A DNA stretch of 64,000 nt, from assembly GCA_963741095.1 (NCBI GenBank), contig CAVUGN010000002.1, positions 1-64,000 on the forward strand. The letters are read 5' to 3'. Shown piece after piece: positions 57,317 through 64,000 of the stretch (within the stretch, counting starts at the first letter, position 1; each line of letters opens with the position of its first letter). The notes below the pieces were generated by a model that was given only the letters and a program-made list of their open reading frames with translations, made no database searches and was not told where the DNA came from. Position numbers and translations under genes: made by a program. This DNA comes from an uncultured Candidatus Micrarchaeota archaeon. GTDB lineage: Archaea; Micrarchaeota; Micrarchaeia; Micrarchaeales; Micrarchaeaceae.

Positions 57317-58156
57317 TTATACTGTATACTTCAGCCTACGCAGTTCTTTCTCAAGGTCAGAGATGTGGTAAAACCTCTCTCTCAGCGCAGCCTCTGTCTT
57401 GAACGCTTCAGCAGCATTTGAAAGCATCAGCATACTGGTATTCTGTAAGCTGATCTTGTTGGCTACGCTTCCCCCAGAAATGTAATTGTTTATTGGAACA
57501 AGAGTTCTATTTCCGACTTTCAATGCGGGGTTAGTGCCATTTATCCTATCAATATCCTCTTGCGAATTAAGGTCTGGGTTCGCATAAGTCATGAACTTGA
57601 AAAGTCTCGGGATTTCCTGCCCTGCGAATACGCGCATTTCCGACTGCATTCCATACTCCCTTCTCAAAATGTCTGTGGTCCTTCTGGCAAGCGCAACCAC
57701 TCCCTCCTGAAAGGTCACTATTGCACTGAATTCCTTGATGCCTGCCGCCATGTTGGCCTCCTGGTGCATCACTACCAACTGGCGCACGAGCGTTATCCCT
57801 ACGCTTCCCTTGGAATGCTCCTTGTCTGCAACCACACAGTACAATTCCGACATGCCATAGACGTCCTTGCCCAATCCAAGATCCTTCTTCAATTCCGGGC
57901 CAAGCCTTGGCGTGCATGCCACGAAAGCCACGGCCTCCCCATTGTCCTTGGCGACGATTATCGCATCGCCGCGCATCAAATCTTTGTAGATCTGGCTGAC
58001 TGTAGTGGGCAGCAGTATCTCCAGATTGTCTGGATGGAATATGAGCCTCTGGTTCACCGATGTTGCCAAACCCATCCTGTCATCAGTGCCCAATCCTGTC
58101 TTGTTTGTGACTGCTATTAATCCTGCAATCGTTGCCATACTATCAAAACCACTCAC
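57317..58156 (-). CDS. Hypothetical protein, possibly GNAT-like
   Basis: IIVAKDNGEAVAFV...ELYCVVADKEH...VGITLV weakly resembles GNAT motif A. Confidence 0.5.
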   Translation of the reverse strand: MSGFDSMATIAGLIAVTNKTGLGTDDRMGLATSVNQRLIFHPDNLEILLPTTVSQIYKDLMRGDAIIVAKDNGEAVAFVACTPRLGPELKKDLGLGKDVYGMSELYCVVADKEHSKGSVGITLVRQLVVMHQEANMAAGIKEFSAIVTFQEGVVALARRTTDILRREYGMQSEMRVFAGQEIPRLFKFMTYANPDLNSQEDIDRINGTNPALKVGNRTLVPINNYISGGSVANKISLQNTSMLMLSNAAEAFKTEAALRERFYHISDLEKELRRLKYTV

Positions 58157-58240
58157 TTTATCATAATACTTAAACGTATCGAGATGGCTTTTTTAAGTTT
58201 GTCCCAAACAGGGCAACGCAAGACGACGTATTCCCTAAAA

Positions 58241-59320
58241 ATGCATAAATATCTCCTCAACCATAACGATATTGTGGAGAAGAAGGGGGAAACAATACTC
58301 TGGAATCGCCTTGGCGACGGCAAGGTTTTGTGCTTTGCCTGCGCCAGGCGGTGCCAGATACCTGAAGGGTCGCACGGTTTCTGCATCGTAAGGCAGAACA
58401 AGGGCGGCGAGCTTCACCTTGCAAACTACGGCAAGCTGGAAGCGATGCAGATAGATCCAATAGAGAAAAAGCCGTTCAACCATTTCATGCCAGGCAGCGA
58501 GGTGTTCAGCATAGGCACCACATCATGCAATCTTGCATGCCTGTTCTGCCAGAACCCCGAGATGTCGAAGGAGCATGCCGGAAGAGGGGCGGTGGTATCA
58601 CCGAAACAGATCATAGAACTTGCCCTAGAAAGCGGCACGCAGGGCATCGCGTACACCTACAACGAACCTACAATATTCATCGAATACGCTCTAGAAGTTG
58701 CAAAGCTGGCCCACAAGAAGGGGCTGTACAACGTCTTCGTGACGAACGGATACATGACAAAAGAGGCGGTGCAGGCGATGAAAGGCCTCATAGACGCGGT
58801 TGTCGTCGACTTCAAGGGCAGCGGCGAGCGCGAGTTCGTTGGCAGATTCTCTGCGATACCATCAAGCGACCCGATTAAGGAAGCACTTATAGAGATGAAA
58901 AAGAGCGGGATGCACATCGAGATAACGGATCTGATAATACCAACAGTGGGAGATTCTTTGGCGGCGTGCAGCGAATTGACAAAATGGGTTTATGACAATC
59001 TAGGTCCAGACACACCAATACAGTTCACCAGATTCCATCCTGACTACAAGATGCTCGATCATCCTGAGACCTCATTCGACTCGCTAAAGGAGCATTATGA
59101 CGTCGCAAAAAAGAGCGGGCTCAATTATGTGTACATCGGTAACGTGCCGAACAACCCCTTTGATAACACCTATTGCCCCAAATGCGGCAAATTGGTAATA
59201 GAACGATACGGGCTCTACACTACTGGTTGGGCGCTAGACAAAAACAACCGGTGTCTGTCCTGCAAGACGACCATTCCTATCATAGGCAAGCCTCACGGAA
59301 ACGTGGGCAACCAAAGATAA
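58241..59320 (+). CDS. amrS: AmmeMemoRadiSam-type radical SAM enzyme
   Basis: DPIEKKPFNHF, CNLACLFCQN, IAYTYNEP, RFHPDY, YVYIGNV, TYCPKCG. Confidence 0.88.
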   Translation: MHKYLLNHNDIVEKKGETILWNRLGDGKVLCFACARRCQIPEGSHGFCIVRQNKGGELHLANYGKLEAMQIDPIEKKPFNHFMPGSEVFSIGTTSCNLACLFCQNPEMSKEHAGRGAVVSPKQIIELALESGTQGIAYTYNEPTIFIEYALEVAKLAHKKGLYNVFVTNGYMTKEAVQAMKGLIDAVVVDFKGSGEREFVGRFSAIPSSDPIKEALIEMKKSGMHIEITDLIIPTVGDSLAACSELTKWVYDNLGPDTPIQFTRFHPDYKMLDHPETSFDSLKEHYDVAKKSGLNYVYIGNVPNNPFDNTYCPKCGKLVIERYGLYTTGWALDKNNRCLSCKTTIPIIGKPHGNVGNQR

Positions 59321-59371
59321 CGGTAGTGTATTAAACTTTTCAGCGCATCTTGATACTACACGGGTGTCATA

Positions 59372-60697
59372 ATGAACAAAAAAGTAATTGTAATCGGGGC
59401 AGCGGGTCGCGACTTTCACGACTTCAACGTGCTATTCCGCAACAACAAAGATTATGATGTTGTTGCCTTCACCGCAAACCAGATTCCTTACATAAGCGAT
59501 AGAATGTACCCCAAAGAGCTTGCTGGCAAACTCTATCCCAAAGGGATAAAAATATATGATGAATCGGAGCTGCCAAAATTGATAAAGAAGTTTGACGTCG
59601 ACATCTGTGTACAAGCATACAGCGATCTTCCAGATGTGGAAGTGATGCACAAGGCAAGCATAGTAAACTCCAATGGCGCGGACTTCTGGCTTGTCTCTCC
59701 AGAGCACACTTACCTAAAATCAACAAAACCCATTATCGCAGTCTGTGCGGTAAGGACCGGCTGTGGTAAGAGCCAGACTTCAAGATACGTAGCCAATCTG
59801 ATACGCAAAGCAGGGCTCAGAGTCGTTGCAATAAGACATCCAATGCCCTATGGAGTGTTAAAGAATGAGCGAGTAGAGCGATTCGCTACCCTGAAAGACC
59901 TCGACAAATACAAGACTACTATCGAAGAGCGTGAGGACTACGAACCACACATACTGAACAAGACTGTCGTGTTTGCCGGAGTTGATTACGTCGACATACT
60001 ACACGCAGCGGAGAAAGAGGCGGACATAATAATATGGGATGGTGGGAACAACGATGCATCGTTCATAAAACCAGATATGCTGATAACAGTCGCAGATCCG
60101 CTCAGATCCGGCGATGAACTCACATACTATCCTGGAGAAACTGTTGCAAGGATGGCTGACGTGCTGCTGATCAACAAAATAAATTCAGCCACAAAAACTG
60201 AGATAAAAACAGTGGTCGAAGACCTCCGTTCAATAAACAAAAAAGCAAAAATCATGTATGCAAACTCAACAGTTACACCAGACAACCCGCGGATAATCAA
60301 AGGCAAAAAGGTGCTTGTCATAGAGGACGGGCCTTCGATAACACACGGAGGCATGCGAATTGGTGCTGGCAGCGTCGCAGCGAAGGAATACGGGGCAGGA
60401 GAGATAATATCCGCGAAGAAGTATGCAGTCGGTGCTATAAAAGAGGCATTTGAGAAGTACCCCAAACTTAACAAAGAGCTTCCGGCCATCGGCTACAGTC
60501 CAAAAGAAATAAGGGATCTTCAAGAAACAGTGAACCGGGCAGAATGCGATGTCGTTGTGTCCGCAACGCCCACAAACCTTAGGCACGTGATAAACATCAA
60601 CAAGCCGATTGTGCAGGTCTCCTACGAATTGAAGCCCGTAGGGGGCGATTTTGACAAGAAAATATTGAAATTTATCCGCGCAGCCAAGAAGGCATAA
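59372..60697 (+). CDS. COG2403 GTPase / cyclic 2,3-diphosphoglycerate synthase-like protein
   Basis: GAAGRDFHDFN, AVRTGCGKSQ, RHPMPYG, TIEEREDYEPH, WDGGNND. Confidence 0.88.
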   Translation: MNKKVIVIGAAGRDFHDFNVLFRNNKDYDVVAFTANQIPYISDRMYPKELAGKLYPKGIKIYDESELPKLIKKFDVDICVQAYSDLPDVEVMHKASIVNSNGADFWLVSPEHTYLKSTKPIIAVCAVRTGCGKSQTSRYVANLIRKAGLRVVAIRHPMPYGVLKNERVERFATLKDLDKYKTTIEEREDYEPHILNKTVVFAGVDYVDILHAAEKEADIIIWDGGNNDASFIKPDMLITVADPLRSGDELTYYPGETVARMADVLLINKINSATKTEIKTVVEDLRSINKKAKIMYANSTVTPDNPRIIKGKKVLVIEDGPSITHGGMRIGAGSVAAKEYGAGEIISAKKYAVGAIKEAFEKYPKLNKELPAIGYSPKEIRDLQETVNRAECDVVVSATPTNLRHVININKPIVQVSYELKPVGGDFDKKILKFIRAAKKA

Positions 60698-60765
60698 ACA
60701 CACATTTGCGGAACTAAGCATAAATGCTTAAATATCTAGTAAGGGGCTATTTATAACGTGGTAGA

Positions 60766-61845
60766 ATGGCAACTAAAACGCAGAATTTCCAATTAAGTAT
60801 CGGGGAAGTGAAGGTAACCAAAGACGAAAGAATGCAGCCTGGCGTCCGATTCGACATGCCAGATTTCAAATTAGGGGACAAAAAATATAATTTAGAAGTT
60901 GTAGGTGCCGATCGTATAAACGAAAAAGTCAAAGAGTGGCAAAAAAACCAAAAGTTCATGAATCTATACGCAAGCGCATATCTTTTTTCACCAGCATGGA
61001 ACCCATATATCAAAGAACAGTTAGCGGAAGAGCGCATAGTACGTAAACAGATCGAAGCGGAAAACAAAAAGGCAGTAGAAGAACATCATCCATTAAAACC
61101 AATACCGGAGAGCGAAGTTTTAAAACTTGTAAAATTATTTAAACAAGATCCCGATAAGGGCGTCGAAACACTCTTGGACCGAATAAACAACTACAAACGC
61201 CCATCCTCGTGGAGTGCTGGTGACGACGAAGTAATGACCTGGGTTATTGAACAATTAGATAAATATATACAAAGCAGAACATCCGGTGCGTTCCGAGAAC
61301 CAGAAGGTTATTACCCTGATGCGGCCATCTTTTATCAAGGATTAGTCAGACAAGGAAAAGGAATTATGGTGGCCATAAAAGATAAAGAAACCAATGAACT
61401 AACGGCAATGACCTTTCTGATTACTGGGAAAACGTGTATGAAGAACTCAACACCAACATCCAAAGAAGTCTTCAAACAAAAAATGGAAAACATGCATGCC
61501 GATCCAAACAAAACAGTATACGTTGCCGAGATGTTTATAGATCCAGAGCTCCGCAGCACTCCACGTAGTGGAAACATGATCAAACTGATGCTTAGGCAAA
61601 GCCAGCAATGGGCAGATGCGTATGCATTCACCCACATATTAAGCTGGACTCCTGGCGAAGAAGGTGACAAAACCAACCCCGTCATCAACATGGAAAACTT
61701 CTTCGGTCTCAAAAATCTCGGAGCGGAAGAACATGGCATCGACGTAAAAATGATAAAAGGAAGAATACGCTTTGCCCCCGGCCCAGATAACGCGCTATGG
61801 CGTGGCGTAGCACTAGACGATACCGTCAACACCGATCGACTCTAA
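60766..61845 (+). CDS. Hypothetical protein with GNAT-like C-terminal region
   Basis: VYVAEMFIDPELR motif; A-rich composition. Confidence 0.55.
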   Translation: MATKTQNFQLSIGEVKVTKDERMQPGVRFDMPDFKLGDKKYNLEVVGADRINEKVKEWQKNQKFMNLYASAYLFSPAWNPYIKEQLAEERIVRKQIEAENKKAVEEHHPLKPIPESEVLKLVKLFKQDPDKGVETLLDRINNYKRPSSWSAGDDEVMTWVIEQLDKYIQSRTSGAFREPEGYYPDAAIFYQGLVRQGKGIMVAIKDKETNELTAMTFLITGKTCMKNSTPTSKEVFKQKMENMHADPNKTVYVAEMFIDPELRSTPRSGNMIKLMLRQSQQWADAYAFTHILSWTPGEEGDKTNPVINMENFFGLKNLGAEEHGIDVKMIKGRIRFAPGPDNALWRGVALDDTVNTDRL

Positions 61846-61885
61846 TAAAAGTAATATCAATAAATCCAAAGTAATAATCGATGTA

Positions 61886-62584
61886 ATGGATGCCACGAAA
61901 GCCGGAACGCAAAGTGTAGCGGACATAGCGTCGCGATTGATGAGGCCGGACACCGAACTGCCTGTCAGTTCCGCGTTCTTCATGGGTATAAAGACCGCGA
62001 TTGCAGACGCTAAGCTGGCGCCGAAACGGGTCGCAGAGGACAAATATAGCATAAATGTGTACCGTACACCCGTACCGATCGACAAAGTGATTGCCTTCGG
62101 ATCGCAGAACATATCTCCTGCCCATCAGGGCGGCATTCGGTGGGCCGTGGATTTCTATGTCCCGGAAGGAACTTTGATACGCGCACCATGTCCTGGCTGG
62201 ATATTGGAAATCGTGCAAAAATTCGACGGGCATGGCACAACAATCGATTATTGGGCAAAGGGCAACGGCATATTCATCATGGGTAGCAAAGGCGAATACC
62301 TCTGGCTAGAACACCTGCAGCACAAGTTCGCCAAGGATCTGAAGTTGCATGTGGGGCAGAAGATGGGCTCTGACGAATTGGTAGGCATAAGCGGCAACAC
62401 TGGCATCACCGAAAAGCCGCACGTTCACATGGAAGTGCTTGAGTACGTGGGTAGCCGTTTCCTTTTCTACGAACGGCTCGGCTACCAGAATTACCTGACG
62501 AAGAAGATACGCTTCGACACCAAGGACATCCCCTTCGACCTCTATGTGAAGGAGAAGGAACTCCTTCTGCAGAAGCAGCCGTAA
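61886..62584 (+). CDS. M23 family metallopeptidase, no signal peptide
   Basis: AH......AVDF.VPEGT.IRAP..G, GNGIFI, EHL, SGNTG....PHVHME. Confidence 0.85.
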   Translation: MDATKAGTQSVADIASRLMRPDTELPVSSAFFMGIKTAIADAKLAPKRVAEDKYSINVYRTPVPIDKVIAFGSQNISPAHQGGIRWAVDFYVPEGTLIRAPCPGWILEIVQKFDGHGTTIDYWAKGNGIFIMGSKGEYLWLEHLQHKFAKDLKLHVGQKMGSDELVGISGNTGITEKPHVHMEVLEYVGSRFLFYERLGYQNYLTKKIRFDTKDIPFDLYVKEKELLLQKQP

Positions 62585-62635
62585 ACAGAACACCAGAAAG
62601 TTTTATAAGCGGTGGCGACACTTATTAAACAACAT

Positions 62636-62743
62636 GGATTCGTAGCTCAGTTAGGTCAGAGCGGCTGGCTCTTAACCAGTAGGTCGGGGGTCCAAATTGT
62701 CTTTTGAGTAACCTCAACAGGCATGAAAATCCCCCCGAATCCG
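62636..62743 (+). tRNA. tRNA-Lys(CUU) with 33-nt T-loop intron (59/60, 62697-62729)
   Basis: GGATTCG/CGAATCC acceptor stem, GCTGG-CT-CTT-AA-CCAGT anticodon arm; hairpin intron TGTCTTTTGAG/CTCAACAGGCA in a BHB-like context. Confidence 0.9.
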
Positions 62744-62818
62744 CATGCTTACGTCATTAATCAAACCTGCACGAGAGCTTTATATATCTATAGCGCGTCA
62801 GTCAATCCTTGTGATAAG

Positions 62819-63526
62819 GTGGCCACCGTATATGTCGACAAATCCGCGCTCGGTGCGCTAGTCAACGAACTATCCAGTCCAGCAAAGGCAATAGCCGAAT
62901 CCATAATCCACAACCACGGTATGGCGAATTGGCTTCACAGAGACCTGAATCCCGAAGTCAGGGCAATAGCCGTGCAGTGCGAGAAAAACATGCTATTTGA
63001 AGATGCAGGAAAAATATACGAGCGCCTGCGCGATCCGGAGAACGCCATAATTGCGTATTCACGGGGAAATCTTTACCTTCGTGCAGCGAATCTCAGCATA
63101 ACAATCGGCAAAACCGAAGCCGCAAAAGCGTTTGCCAAGAAGCTCGAGCAGGAGAATACCAGCGAAGCGCTGGATGTCTACAAGACCCTTGGCGACGTAG
63201 CTGGCATCAGAAGGACAACCGAGGCAATAGAGACAAAACAACCATACGCCGCGGGACTAGGGTACATAGCCATTGGCGATAAAGAGGGCGCAAGCCGGTG
63301 CGCCGACGCTCTGGAAGTCATGGTGCAGCAACTTCCTGATAAGAAAGAAGACTTGAAGTCTAAGGTTGCCTATCTCCGCACGCACGCCGGCGAACACGAA
63401 GCCGCAGCAGCGATTTACCGTGAAAAAGGTGTGGAGGATATGGCAAACTCCCTCCTGCGGCAAAGCACGCAAACGACCCCGTATTCTCCAGGCATAAAAA
63501 TCCGGGGCGAAGACACTCTCTATTAA
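62819..63526 (+). CDS. TPR/helical-repeat hypothetical protein
   Basis: Repeated A..(I/V)Y..LG(D/E)...A units; start moved to GTG 62819 to avoid overlapping the tRNA. Confidence 0.6.
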   Translation: MATVYVDKSALGALVNELSSPAKAIAESIIHNHGMANWLHRDLNPEVRAIAVQCEKNMLFEDAGKIYERLRDPENAIIAYSRGNLYLRAANLSITIGKTEAAKAFAKKLEQENTSEALDVYKTLGDVAGIRRTTEAIETKQPYAAGLGYIAIGDKEGASRCADALEVMVQQLPDKKEDLKSKVAYLRTHAGEHEAAAAIYREKGVEDMANSLLRQSTQTTPYSPGIKIRGEDTLY

Positions 63527-64000
63527 GGCTGCATCCAGTCTATCTCGTAATACTCGTAATCGCTGCCCTCCAATTCTATCATTCTGACCTTGTAATAGGT
63601 CACAGCGGTCTCCCTGTCTGCTATTGCAATTATCAGTTCTAGCTTCTGCTCCTTCGCCTCGTTTATTATCGCGGACAGCTCGCTGCCTCCAATGTACTCC
63701 TCTTCGCCCAAGGAAAGCATGCCGTATCTCGGCCTGTTCTCGCTCGGCGTCTCTATCCCTGCTCCTTTTCTGTGGTAAAGCACGAAGTCTATCGCGAGCC
63801 CCTTCCTCCTGCTCTTGCCTGGTATCGCGAGTATGAAGGTCTTCCTGACGGAGTGCGCGACCCTTATGGCCCTTGCCCACTCCGAAATAAGCAGCTTCGC
63901 GTCCCTCGGAAAGACGTGTATGACATGCTTCGAGTGAATCCATGAATTGTCGTCGTCGGCCTTGACCGGCTTCGCGCCCGGGAAGTAAACCCTGAAGTGC
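63523..64000 (-). CDS. endA: tRNA-intron endonuclease, C-terminal part, ARMAN-type three-unit architecture (partial)
   Basis: HFRVYFPG...WIHSKHVIHV...RAIRVAHSVRKTFILA followed by a further DFVLY...AIADRETAVTYY...DWMQP unit. Confidence 0.88.
   Translation of the reverse strand, partial: HFRVYFPGAKPVKADDDNSWIHSKHVIHVFPRDAKLLISEWARAIRVAHSVRKTFILAIPGKSRRKGLAIDFVLYHRKGAGIETPSENRPRYGMLSLGEEEYIGGSELSAIINEAKEQKLELIIAIADRETAVTYYKVRMIELEGSDYEYYEIDWMQP

Noticed and set aside
62723-62818. N-terminal extension of ORF 62723-63526
   Set aside because: It overlaps the tRNA-Lys intron and 3' exon; a later GTG start is more plausible.

Overview
Chromosomal segment of an archaeon, most likely DPANN Micrarchaeota. 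This is inferred from an ARMAN-type tRNA splicing endonuclease, tRNA-Ile(UAU), tRNA introns at non-canonical positions, and Q+1/E+5 class III pilins with DUF2341. Core content: rps3ae, rps15, leuS, sod, pcn, rnp4, aglB, the rpl3-rps3 operon, pcc1, rpl15e, tfe, GINS, rpl44e, aIF2a, PAC2, 5S rRNA and six tRNAs. Four things stand out. (1) A polarised array of four single-gene cassettes behind tRNA-Ser, each closed by a copy of the tRNA 3' end plus a conserved arm, with no integrase in the window. (2) A five-gene locus (32808-42989) that reads as an usher-less donor-strand pilus: membrane anchor, MinD, giant propeller tip adhesin, tandem Csu/SCPU-like pilin, and a membrane-bound PapD-like protein with a histone H1-like tail. 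(3) Four type IV pilin-like genes, including a ~2500-aa Ig-repeat protein whose Cys-rich tail is cut off by a 1-nt frameshift. (4) A protein made of two fused ribosomal stalk aP1 N-terminal domains. All family assignments come from motif recognition by eye; no searches were run.
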